Virus record (IMG/VR): IMGVR_UViG_3300025875_000003
Location: 60,314 to 124,313 of that record
Source of the DNA: a virus
Length of the DNA: 64,000 nucleotides
Reading direction: 5' to 3' (one strand)
Position numbers and translations under genes: made by a program. Shown one piece after another: positions 48,285-56,948 of this stretch (positions are counted from its first letter, which is position 1; each line of letters starts with the position of its first letter). The notes under the pieces were generated by a model. The model ran no database searches, was not told the DNA's origin, and saw only the letters and a program-made list of their open reading frames with translations.

Positions 48285-48481
48285 TGAACGAGGTTAAGCC
48301 CCCCTCTGTCTCTACTCCTGAAACAAGAGAAGAAGCGGTTCACGCAGTTGTCGATGCATACGCGACACTGGAAGCCGCTAATCGTAGATGGCCAGAGATT
48401 CTTCAGTTGAAGCAGAATGGACGAAGAGCCCGGGAAGAAAACAACTTTGGCCCCAAGGTGATTAGGATGTTTGAAGCATGA
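48284..48481 (+). CDS. Small hypothetical protein (lysis cassette)
   Basis: Coupled 65-aa ORF. Confidence 0.65.
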   Translation: MNEVKPPSVSTPETREEAVHAVVDAYATLEAANRRWPEILQLKQNGRRAREENNFGPKVIRMFEA

Positions 48482-48855
48482 GTGAGACTCTACTCCATTA
48501 CATCGGAGACGCCGGGCTAGTGGTTGCCCTGCTCGCTATTTTGGTTTTTGTGGTTAGATACGCACAGACTAAGTGGACTACCTTCAGTGAGGGTATTCAC
48601 ATGATGGTTTTCTCTCTGGTTGTCGCCATCGCGCTAGGGTGGGGCACGTATACGGTATTTTTTGTAGAAAGTGAAACAGCCGCTCTTGTAGTGCGTATCT
48701 TCATCTGGTGGTCTATAGCCGCTGTTCTGATCTGGCGTGATCGAATTCTCTTCAAGGCACAGAAGAGAAAGAAGAAGCGTAGAGACGATTATTATGCAGC
48801 GTTCGCAGAGAACGAAGATCGGAATCGTATTTCAGCGGTCGATAGTGTAGATTGA
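48478..48855 (+). CDS. Three-TM membrane protein, holin-like
   Basis: Three hydrophobic segments and a basic C-terminal tail (KRKKKRR). Confidence 0.6.
   Translation: MSETLLHYIGDAGLVVALLAILVFVVRYAQTKWTTFSEGIHMMVFSLVVAIALGWGTYTVFFVESETAALVVRIFIWWSIAAVLIWRDRILFKAQKRKKKRRDDYYAAFAENEDRNRISAVDSVD
48837..48846 (+). promoter_or_regulatory. Putative late promoter motif GGTCGATAGT (copy 6), upstream of the endolysin
   Basis: At the 3' end of the preceding gene. Confidence 0.6.
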
Positions 48856-49008
48856 TCAGAAAAGAGAGCGAGACTTCAGATGTCTGAGAGCGAAAGCACC
48901 CCGAGAGTCTCTGGGTCTGTGCAGGATAAGCCCGAAGCCACGCGCTCTGGGTCTGCGGAAACTAGTACTCCCGATAAGGAAGCGCGCAGGAAGGAACAAG
49001 GTTAAGAT

Positions 49009-50112
49009 ATGCCTTCCCTTTTGTACGCTAATGGTCAGATTCCTGAATCTGTGCTAGATCCGGTGCCCGCAGCGAACGGTCAGACCGCGTGGCTCTTGCC
49101 TCTGGTTGCTGCGTCATTTCTGCGGGCTCGGGCGAAGTGCGCGGACATCGGGTTCAACCTGCTCATCACCTCCGCAGGGGACGGGTTCCGTTCTTACTCG
49201 CGGCAAGTCAACGTCTTCCTAGAGCGGTACGAGCGCAGCGACAACGTGCACTTCCGTGGACCCTACGGTGACGTGCGTTGGTGGCAGGGTAAGCGGTACG
49301 TCCGCATGCGCGGGGCGGCTGCGGCTGTGCCCGGTACCTCGAACCACGGAAAGGCCATCACCAGTGACCTGACTGGATTGGGCGGGTACGGCGGCTACTG
49401 GTTCCGCAAGGTCGCGCCCATTCTGATCTCCGAAGGCTGGTCCAACGCTGAGGGTGCTCGGATCAACGAGTCATGGCACTGGAACCAGATGCGTACGGCG
49501 TATCACGTCATTGACACAAACATCATTCCGGGGGTCAGTCTCCCTTGGCACGGCGGGGTGCTTCCCGCACCTCTTACGAAGGAGTTCACTCTCATGGACG
49601 ACGATTCTCTCCACCAACTCAATGGCTCCCTGGAACAGACCCGCAGAGAGGTGCTGGAAGGCGTGAGGGTTCTCCTAGGGACCGCACGAGGGGACCGACA
49701 GGCTGACTTGCAACAGACCCGCGAAGAGGTCATTGAGGGAGTTCTGAGAGCCGTGCAGGGGGCGTCCAGCCCTGAGGTGGTCACCACGGTTTATCGTGTT
49801 GAAGGAACTTATGGGTGCTGGCAGGATCTTGGAGTAGCCCGACGTTACCTCTCTGAGGTCTTGCTGTCAGCCATTCCCAATCATCGTATTGAGGACATCA
49901 AGGCCAACGACATCTTTTGGCGTCTCCCCATTCATGGCGGCGTAGGTGAACTAATTCGCAAGACAGGCACTGAGGCAGCGTGGTTGCTTGAAGAGGGCTC
50001 ACTGCGCTGGGTGGATTCCGAGAGGTATGCCCTTATGGGCTATCCTGTAATCACAGACGTGGCAGAAGAATCTCCTGTTTGGTCTTTGCCTACCGTAGGC
50101 ACCACTCCCTGA
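49009..50112 (+). CDS. Endolysin, M15 (VanY-like) Zn peptidase
   Basis: NGQIPES.L; GFRSYSRQ; AAVPGTSNHGKAITSD; ESWHW. Confidence 0.9.
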   Translation: MPSLLYANGQIPESVLDPVPAANGQTAWLLPLVAASFLRARAKCADIGFNLLITSAGDGFRSYSRQVNVFLERYERSDNVHFRGPYGDVRWWQGKRYVRMRGAAAAVPGTSNHGKAITSDLTGLGGYGGYWFRKVAPILISEGWSNAEGARINESWHWNQMRTAYHVIDTNIIPGVSLPWHGGVLPAPLTKEFTLMDDDSLHQLNGSLEQTRREVLEGVRVLLGTARGDRQADLQQTREEVIEGVLRAVQGASSPEVVTTVYRVEGTYGCWQDLGVARRYLSEVLLSAIPNHRIEDIKANDIFWRLPIHGGVGELIRKTGTEAAWLLEEGSLRWVDSERYALMGYPVITDVAEESPVWSLPTVGTTP

Positions 50113-50134
50113 AATCAGAGAAAGAGGCACTAAG

Positions 50135-50476
50135 ATGGATCTAGTATTTGAAGGCGTGACTGGCTGGCTTGTTCTTCAGCAGTTTGTCCTGCCGTTTTTT
50201 CTTCCGGCTATCGTCGGATATGTTTCTACGCGCGTGACGAGCGCACGTGTGCAGGCGCTGTCTCTCCTAGGGCTCAGCGCTGTAACCAGCCTGCTGACCA
50301 ACATGCTCAACGCCTACTCCAGCGGGGACGCCACCTTTGATCTAGGGCTTGCTCTAGTCATGACGGCTACCACGTTCTTCGCGGGCGTGGCCGCCCATTA
50401 CGGGTTCCTGAAGCCTACCGGCATTACTGCCAAGGCTCTGGACTCGGGCCGCACTGATGGGCGTCACGAGGCCTGA
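50135..50476 (+). CDS. Holin-like membrane protein
   Basis: Three TM segments, directly after the endolysin. Confidence 0.7.
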   Translation: MDLVFEGVTGWLVLQQFVLPFFLPAIVGYVSTRVTSARVQALSLLGLSAVTSLLTNMLNAYSSGDATFDLGLALVMTATTFFAGVAAHYGFLKPTGITAKALDSGRTDGRHEA

Positions 50477-50488
50477 CTGTTACTAGGC

Positions 50489-50523
50489 AAAAGCCTCTCC
50501 ACCTCAGGGTGAGAGAGGCTTTT
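50489..50523. terminator. Intrinsic terminator, possibly bidirectional, ending the late operon
   Basis: AAAAGCCTCTC...GAGAGGCTTTT inverted repeat. Confidence 0.85.
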
Positions 50524-50560
50524 GTCGTGCTTAGAGCAATACTGTGCTATTATGCTTAGT

Positions 50561-50722
50561 ATGGATAAGACATCTGTCTTGGTTGCGCCGTATGAAGCGC
50601 TGCTGGTACAGGCGCGTAGCGCTTTTCGTACCGATCCGTCTTACGCCATTGCTATGGCTCAGCAAGCGCAGGCGGCTAGGCAGCGAAGAGCCAATAGATC
50701 CGTTGACAAGGATTCAGAGTGA
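50561..50722 (+). CDS. Small leaderless hypothetical protein
   Basis: GTGCTATTAT-N7-ATG at 50544-50563. Confidence 0.6.
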   Translation: MDKTSVLVAPYEALLVQARSAFRTDPSYAIAMAQQAQAARQRRANRSVDKDSE

Positions 50723-50940
50723 ATTTTTTCGACCGGATTAAGACCACGCAAGAAAGAAAGCCTAATCCTAACTTTTTTGAGTGTCCTATTTCTGGCCAGA
50801 ACGCACCGGTAGGCTCCTATTTTGGAGGAGGCCTTGAACGAGCGCATGTGAGTAACCTCACACTGACTGCCTGGGGTGGACACACGCACATTCTATCGTC
50901 TCCCAGGGGTCAGGGTTACTGGACCGTGGATGGGGTCTGA
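50719..50940 (+). CDS. Hypothetical protein
   Basis: 73-aa coupled ORF. Confidence 0.55.
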   Translation: MNFFDRIKTTQERKPNPNFFECPISGQNAPVGSYFGGGLERAHVSNLTLTAWGGHTHILSSPRGQGYWTVDGV

Positions 50941-52672
50941 CTTTCGAGAGCAGCCCCTCAGGGCGTATCACTGCGGAGACACACCCCCTAGAGGAGGGCT
51001 GCCACTTTTGTTGAACTATGACGTGCGCCGGTTCACAGACGAGCAGCGCGAGAAGTTGGCGTGGAAGGTGCACCAGTCTCGTGACTTCAGGCTTCCACGC
51101 TTGGCCAACTGGAATTACGATCTGTGCCGCCAACACCGCATGGGTTGGACGGAAACCTACTATGACAAGACCACTGGCACAGACAAGCAGCGTACTGTAG
51201 TGGACCGTCCCAAGCCTGGGTGCCGCAAGTGCTGCATTCTTCCAAGAGCACACCAGCGTGTGGGCATTGCCTGGCTCTATCTGAAGAAGCGCGGCCTTCT
51301 CGCAGACGCCATGGGCTCAGGTAAGACTACTCACATCGGTGGTCTTATCGCCATGCTGTTGGAAACCGGTGAGATTCCCAGTGTAGGTCGAGCCGTAGTG
51401 TGCCCGCGTGCGCCTGCATTGGATCAGTGGCGCGATGAACTTTTGCGCATGATGCCCGGTTTGAGAGTCCTCATTGCTACGGGTACCAAGAAGCAGCGCA
51501 TTCAAGATTATCTGGGTGAGTGGGACGTGCTTCTCATTGGCCCCGAAATGCTGCGCAATGACTACGAGATGGTCATGAGATTTCCTCTGGCTCTATTTGT
51601 ATCTGATGACATCGATCAATTGAGAAATCCAGACATTGCCACCTCTCAAATTCTCGATACGGTGGGCGCACACGCAGATCGTTATGTCATCGCTTCTGGT
51701 ACCCCCCTACAGAAGAGGCTAGGCGAACTTCATTCTGTTTTGGACGGCGTGGGCGGAGTTCAGGCGCTGGGTTCTCGTGACTATTTTGATGCTAAGTATA
51801 TCAAAACTGCGTGGGTATCTGAGTTCAATTCCACCACGGGTCAGGAGTATCGGCGCAAGCAAGTAGTCGGCGCTAAAAACACCAGAGAACTGAAGAGCAA
51901 GATTGCGCCTTTGGTGCTTCGTCGTACTCAATTCGCAGATGTAAATCTGCCTACTATCATTCCTGACGACGTAATGCTTGACCTGTACCCGGCGCAGCGT
52001 GCCAAGTACAAGGAATTGCAGAAGGGTGTTCTTCGAATCCTGAAAGAAGAGGGCACTGAGGTCAAGCACACTTCAGCCATGTCTCGCCTTCATTACGGTT
52101 CTGCTATCTGCGCAGGGTTGGCTTCTCTGGGTGAACCGGATGCGCCCAATACATCCATGAAGATGGACTGGATTGTGGAGAAGTTGACGCGCGGTGATCT
52201 CATGGATGAGAAGGTCGTGATCTTCGCTAACCTGAAGAACACCATCAGAGCCCTACAGAATCGTCTTCGAGAAGAGGGCGTGGGCTTCGTCACGGTGTGG
52301 GGCGAGAACAAGAAGCGTGCAGATCGTACGCAGGCTCAGCGCAGGTTTTGGGATGATTCAGGGTGCCAGGTGCTGTTGGGTACGCGGGCAATTGAGCAGT
52401 CTTTGAATCTTCAGGTCTCGCGGCACTTGGTGAATGTGGACATGATTCTTAACCCTGCTCGTATGGAGCAGTTGGCTGGACGTATCCGCCGTGACGGATC
52501 AGCCTTTCAGCATGTGTTCGTTCACAACCTGTTGACGGTGGATACACAAGAGGAAAGGTATCTCCCTATGCTAGAGAGAGAAGCCGCTCTTGCTGGGCAC
52601 ATTTGGGATGAGAATTCTCAACTTTTCCAAGCCCTTTCTCCTATGGCCATGCTTCAGTTGATTTCGGGTTGA
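50876..52672 (+). CDS. SNF2-family helicase (true start probably downstream, e.g. 50930 or 51008)
   Basis: LLADAMGSGKT; SGTPLQKRLGEL; LRR; SLNLQ..LVNVD..LNPARMEQLAGRIRRDG. Confidence 0.9.
   Translation: MDTRTFYRLPGVRVTGPWMGSDFREQPLRAYHCGDTPPRGGLPLLLNYDVRRFTDEQREKLAWKVHQSRDFRLPRLANWNYDLCRQHRMGWTETYYDKTTGTDKQRTVVDRPKPGCRKCCILPRAHQRVGIAWLYLKKRGLLADAMGSGKTTHIGGLIAMLLETGEIPSVGRAVVCPRAPALDQWRDELLRMMPGLRVLIATGTKKQRIQDYLGEWDVLLIGPEMLRNDYEMVMRFPLALFVSDDIDQLRNPDIATSQILDTVGAHADRYVIASGTPLQKRLGELHSVLDGVGGVQALGSRDYFDAKYIKTAWVSEFNSTTGQEYRRKQVVGAKNTRELKSKIAPLVLRRTQFADVNLPTIIPDDVMLDLYPAQRAKYKELQKGVLRILKEEGTEVKHTSAMSRLHYGSAICAGLASLGEPDAPNTSMKMDWIVEKLTRGDLMDEKVVIFANLKNTIRALQNRLREEGVGFVTVWGENKKRADRTQAQRRFWDDSGCQVLLGTRAIEQSLNLQVSRHLVNVDMILNPARMEQLAGRIRRDGSAFQHVFVHNLLTVDTQEERYLPMLEREAALAGHIWDENSQLFQALSPMAMLQLISG
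50940..50972 (+). promoter_or_regulatory. Variant bipartite promoter ACTTTCG-N17-CGTATCACT (copy 4)
   Basis: Same spacing as the three other copies; not followed by an ATG. Confidence 0.5.
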
Positions 52673-53403
52673 TCGCTATGACACAGAGAAAGTTGACAGC
52701 AGACCAACAGATGTTGGTCGAAACTAACATCAATTTGGCCCACCATCTGGCGCTGACTGCGTGGCGCAGAAATACGCATCGCCAGGAAAAAGATGAAGTA
52801 GTGGCCGCAGCGTATGAGGGCCTGGTTAAAGCCGCGTTGATCTTTGATCCTTCTCGCGCTAATGTGATTGATGGAGTTCCAGACACGGCAGGTGCTTTTG
52901 CTGGCTTTGCCCGGCAAAAGATTAATGGCGCTATTTTGGACTGGCAAAAGCGCAATGACCACGTTCCGCGCAGGCATCGATCGACATACAAGGAATTGCA
53001 AAGTTTGGGACATGGACAAGGACGTTCTCCCTCTGAACTATCAGACTTGACGGGGTTGCCGGAAGAACAAGTTCGTATGCTCATTAGAGCAGTCGAGGCA
53101 CCCCCCTTGTCTTTGGCTAGAGATGAGAACACGGCGGAAGAATTTCACGACTCGGAGTGGAGTACGGTCGCTCCAGGCAGTGTAGAAGGCTCCGTGCTAG
53201 AGGGCCAGATCAAAGATGTGGTGGTAGATGTTTTTGATGACCTCCAGCCTCTGCAACAACTAGTTCTTGCGCTGAGGTATTATGAAGGTATGGATCTAAC
53301 CTCTATCTCAGTGCTGCTTGATGTTCGTATTTCCTCTATACGAGCAGCGCATGCCGAGGGCCTGTTGATGATGCACGCCGCCATGGTGGAGGCAGCGTCC
53401 TGA
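52669..53403 (+). CDS. RNA polymerase sigma factor, sigma70 family, FliA/WhiG-like
   Basis: AYEGLVKAALIFDP; FARQKINGAILDWQKRNDHVPR; region 4 LALRYYEGM. Confidence 0.85.
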   Translation: MIAMTQRKLTADQQMLVETNINLAHHLALTAWRRNTHRQEKDEVVAAAYEGLVKAALIFDPSRANVIDGVPDTAGAFAGFARQKINGAILDWQKRNDHVPRRHRSTYKELQSLGHGQGRSPSELSDLTGLPEEQVRMLIRAVEAPPLSLARDENTAEEFHDSEWSTVAPGSVEGSVLEGQIKDVVVDVFDDLQPLQQLVLALRYYEGMDLTSISVLLDVRISSIRAAHAEGLLMMHAAMVEAAS

Positions 53404-53438
53404 CTTTCTCTCGCGGTCGGCTTGGGCGTATCACTAGT
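53403..53438 (+). promoter_or_regulatory. Bipartite phage promoter ACTTTCT-N17-CGTATCACTAGT directly before the ATG (copy 3)
   Basis: Same architecture as 10417-10452 and 7102-7137. Confidence 0.75.
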
Positions 53439-53636
53439 ATGACCAAGCCGAGATATAACCTCAGCGCCGAGCAGGCGGCTGTAGAGATGCGCGAGCAACT
53501 GGCCAAGATGCAGGCCGAAGAGGACCGCGACCAGTTGACAGGCACCGACCCGGATTACGCATTCGAGATGGGCTATCGTGCCGCCATCATCGACCTTGAA
53601 ATCTTTACCGGACCCGACCCCAAGGACAACAAGTGA
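53439..53636 (+). CDS. Small leaderless hypothetical protein
   Basis: 65-aa ORF. Confidence 0.7.
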   Translation: MTKPRYNLSAEQAAVEMREQLAKMQAEEDRDQLTGTDPDYAFEMGYRAAIIDLEIFTGPDPKDNK

Positions 53637-54127
53637 CCCTCCGTCTTAGCGAAATTGATTTTGATGAACTGAGCAGGCTTCAGGCGTATTGTTACGGCAG
53701 CGCTCAGGACCGGGGCTTCCACAAGGCTGCCGAAATTCTGGCCGAGGCTACGGCCACTGCTGATAGTCCCGCGCAAAAGAAGGCCCTGGAAGCGGCATTC
53801 ATTGATCGAGCAGGAAACCGTCTGATGCTCATCGTGGGGGAGGCCAACGAGGCACACGATGAACTTCGTTCGGGGCGCGATCCGAATGAGCGCTACTACT
53901 CGTTCCCCAAGGATGCAGAGCCGCATCCTGGTGAGACTCCTCTGCATTGGCAGAACCGGACGGGACTTCTTGCCAAGCCTGAAGGTGTTCCTTCTGAGTT
54001 GGCAGACATTGTTGTTCGCGTCATGGACTTCGCTGGCGAGCACGGCATTGACCTCGCAGACGCCATTCAGGAAAAGTTGGCATTCAATGAGCAGCGTGCT
54101 GCGATGCATGGGGGGAAGAAGTTCTGA
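53633..54127 (+). CDS. MazG-like nucleotide pyrophosphohydrolase
   Basis: LMLIVGEANEAHDELR; SELADIVVRVMD..GIDL..AI.EKLAFN. Confidence 0.85.
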   Translation: MTLRLSEIDFDELSRLQAYCYGSAQDRGFHKAAEILAEATATADSPAQKKALEAAFIDRAGNRLMLIVGEANEAHDELRSGRDPNERYYSFPKDAEPHPGETPLHWQNRTGLLAKPEGVPSELADIVVRVMDFAGEHGIDLADAIQEKLAFNEQRAAMHGGKKF

Positions 54128-54399
54128 TGAGACCTAATGGACACATTCCCAAGCCATTTAAGCGCACTCGTGTGGCCATTCAGCCACGTACGGTTTATCG
54201 GACATGGCAGACAGTCGATTCCAGCACCCTTGCTGTGGGCGACACAGTTGCCGATCATGGGGCTATTCGGCAGATCGACAGGCACGTGGGCGATGAGTCA
54301 GGCCGCATGATCGTAGAAATCGAGTTTCAGTCAGGTCAGGTCATGATCGCAGGAGAGGGTATCGACGTGTTTGCCTTCACTGAGGCTCAGGGTGGCTGA
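54127..54399 (+). CDS. Hypothetical protein
   Basis: 90-aa coupled ORF. Confidence 0.65.
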   Translation: MRPNGHIPKPFKRTRVAIQPRTVYRTWQTVDSSTLAVGDTVADHGAIRQIDRHVGDESGRMIVEIEFQSGQVMIAGEGIDVFAFTEAQGG

Positions 54400-56935
54400 T
54401 GTCCGCGAGCATGGGGCTACCGTGCTTTCTGGAATCTTGCCTGCCCGTAAGGATTTGCTGGATAAGGCTCTGCTGCGCCTGAACCCTGATCACTTCGAGG
54501 ACAAGGTTCAGAGTAATCTCTTCAAGATCATGGAGAGATACGCGGACAAGACTGGCTCTGTGCTGCCTCTAAAGCACTTGGGTGACACTCTGCGCAGCAA
54601 GTTCGCGCCCGGCCAGGTGGAGTTGTACGAAGAGACTTACACGCTGTACGCGCAGACCGAGGTCACGGATGCGGAGTTCATCTGGTCTGTCGATCAGTTG
54701 AAGGAAATCGCCGCCGAGAAGGCTACCGGTGAGGTCATCACCACAGCGATGGAGATCCTTCGCAACGGACGCGAGGACGAGTCGGGTGAGGTCCACAAGG
54801 GGCACGCAGAGGCACGTAACCACCTCTTGAACGGCCTGATGACCATCGACCGGGAAGTTGTCCAGCAAGAGTCTCCCGAGGGCTCTATGCGCGACGAGAC
54901 GGCTGACATCCTGGCTGATTACGCCGAGCGCAAGCAGGCTCACCTGGACGGCTCTTCGCTGGGTATTCAGACAGGCATCACGTCGGTGGACGCCAAGATC
55001 GGTGGCATGCAGAACGGCGAACTGTGGCTGTTCGCCGGGTACAGTAGTGACGGCAAGGCCGTGGCTGTCTCGCAGCCTATTGTGACTCCAGATGGTCTCC
55101 GTCTTATGGGTGACCTTCAGGTAGGCGATTTGGTGTGCAACACCTATGGAGGCGCTTCTGTGGTTCAGGGGGTGTATCCGCAGGGTGTGCGTAAAATTTA
55201 TCGCCTGGAGTTTTCTGATGGCACTAGTGCTGAGGCTACTGAGGATCATTTGTGGACGGTTAAGCGTCGGATGCCTCAGTGGATTCGACAGTCAGATGGT
55301 ACTAGGAAGAAGGTAAATCAAGAGGTTGATCGTACTTATACCACTTCTGAGTTGATGCCAATGATGAAGTGGAAGAATTCTCGCCCCTACTTGCCGGACA
55401 TTGCACCTGTGAATCTTCGTGGAACCCTGCCCGAGAATTTTATTGATCCATACTTGCTGGGGCTGCTTTTGGGAGACGGGTGTCTGGTTGATTCTACTGT
55501 TACTTTCACCTCCCCAGACCCAGAACTTGCCGAATCTATTAGAGAGCGCCTTCCCGTTGGGTTTGTCGTATCTAACTACACTCCTCGCAATGGAGCAACT
55601 ACTTACTCCATTAATGGGAGGGAGGGGGACGGCACACACTTCCGTGCCGCGTTGGTGAGGTCGGGGGTTTCTCTGGTTAAGTCTCCAGAGAAGCGTATTC
55701 CAGAGCGTTATCTTTGGGCTTCCTCGGAAGTACGACTGGCGGTGCTTCAGGGTCTGATGGATACAGATGGCTGGGTTGAGAAGGGTACTGGAAAGTTTAG
55801 TTCTGCGTCTCGGGGCCTTCGGGACGATGTAGTATTTTTGGCCCGCTCTTTGGGTTTGTGGGCTTCAACACGAACAAAGGAGATTACTAAGTACTCATAC
55901 AAGGGAGAAGATAAGTACGGACTTCCTGCCTATACCGCGTCTATCTCTTATCATCCTGAGTTGTTCCGCCTGAGTAGGCAGAGAGATTTGCTCACGGTTA
56001 ACGTGCGTAAGAGTCGCCGCGTCATAGATTCGATCTCTTATGTTCGGGATGAAGAAGCACAGTGTATTTCGGTTGATTCTAGAGATCACTTGTACCTTCT
56101 TCCCGATTTCATTCCTACCCACAACACGTCACTTGCAATTCAAAGTGCGTGGAGTGCTGCCGTGGAGCAGGGCAAGAATGTGCTCTTCTTGACGACCGAG
56201 ACGCTGCGTCCACAGATCCGCCGTAAGTTGATCGCTCGCCATTCGGTGCTGGAGATGTTCGGCATCACGGATGGACTCAACACCCGAGACCTGAAGTCAG
56301 GTACGCTGACTGCTGCTGACGAGGGCAAGTTGGTGGAGGTGGTGGGTGATCTGACGACCAATCCTGCTTATGGGGAGGTCTATATCGCTCAGGTGCCCCG
56401 TTCGTCTACCATTTCGTCTATCGAGCAGCGCATGTACCGAGTGCAGCGCAAGATGCACATCGATCTGGTGATCATGGATTACCTTGCTCTGCTAGCATCT
56501 GATCGCAAGAGGCAGACCAGCCGAGAAGAATTGGCTGCCATCATGAAGGAAGCCAAGCAGGTCTCTACCACCTTCGACGGCGGGCGCGGCGTTCCGTTCG
56601 CCTCTCCGTGGCAGGTCACCCGAGCCGCACGTGAGAACGCTGAGAAGTTGGGGATGTATACCAGTGCGTCCCTGTCTGAGACGGCTGAGGCGACCAACTC
56701 TGCGGACGGCATCATTTCGCTGCTGGCTCCGACCGACAACACTGATCGGCGTACCGAGGTTACCATGCAGTTGCTGAAGAACCGTGATGGTGAGACGGCT
56801 AACGGACTAGTCGTGTCGGTAGATTATGCAACGTCATGTTTTTCAAGTAGAGTAGGGTTGCAGTTTGCAAATTCGCCAACTGCTCCTTCCACTAGTTCGA
56901 CGGGAGGTTTCGGCCTTGATAGCCTGCTTGACTGA
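54392..56935 (+). CDS. dnaB: DnaB-like replicative helicase, intein-containing
   Basis: GIQTGITSVD..IGG.QNGELWLFAGYSSDGK|TS; FLTTE; LVIMDYLALL; LLKNRDGE; GTG start 54392. Confidence 0.9.
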   Translation: MADVREHGATVLSGILPARKDLLDKALLRLNPDHFEDKVQSNLFKIMERYADKTGSVLPLKHLGDTLRSKFAPGQVELYEETYTLYAQTEVTDAEFIWSVDQLKEIAAEKATGEVITTAMEILRNGREDESGEVHKGHAEARNHLLNGLMTIDREVVQQESPEGSMRDETADILADYAERKQAHLDGSSLGIQTGITSVDAKIGGMQNGELWLFAGYSSDGKAVAVSQPIVTPDGLRLMGDLQVGDLVCNTYGGASVVQGVYPQGVRKIYRLEFSDGTSAEATEDHLWTVKRRMPQWIRQSDGTRKKVNQEVDRTYTTSELMPMMKWKNSRPYLPDIAPVNLRGTLPENFIDPYLLGLLLGDGCLVDSTVTFTSPDPELAESIRERLPVGFVVSNYTPRNGATTYSINGREGDGTHFRAALVRSGVSLVKSPEKRIPERYLWASSEVRLAVLQGLMDTDGWVEKGTGKFSSASRGLRDDVVFLARSLGLWASTRTKEITKYSYKGEDKYGLPAYTASISYHPELFRLSRQRDLLTVNVRKSRRVIDSISYVRDEEAQCISVDSRDHLYLLPDFIPTHNTSLAIQSAWSAAVEQGKNVLFLTTETLRPQIRRKLIARHSVLEMFGITDGLNTRDLKSGTLTAADEGKLVEVVGDLTTNPAYGEVYIAQVPRSSTISSIEQRMYRVQRKMHIDLVIMDYLALLASDRKRQTSREELAAIMKEAKQVSTTFDGGRGVPFASPWQVTRAARENAEKLGMYTSASLSETAEATNSADGIISLLAPTDNTDRRTEVTMQLLKNRDGETANGLVVSVDYATSCFSSRVGLQFANSPTAPSTSSTGGFGLDSLLD
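55058..56125 (+). mobile_element. Class 3 intein with LAGLIDADG endonuclease in DnaB (356 aa, Ala1...His-Asn, +1 Thr)
   Basis: Ala start after GK; WCT triad HLW / QCISV / PTHN; LLGLLLGDG and LQGLMDTDG. Confidence 0.92.
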
Positions 56936-56948
56936 GAGGACACTACGC

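Noticed and set aside
48880-49005. 41-aa ORF MSESESTPRV.. before the endolysin
   Set aside because: Low-complexity, weak RBS; could equally be the endolysin leader
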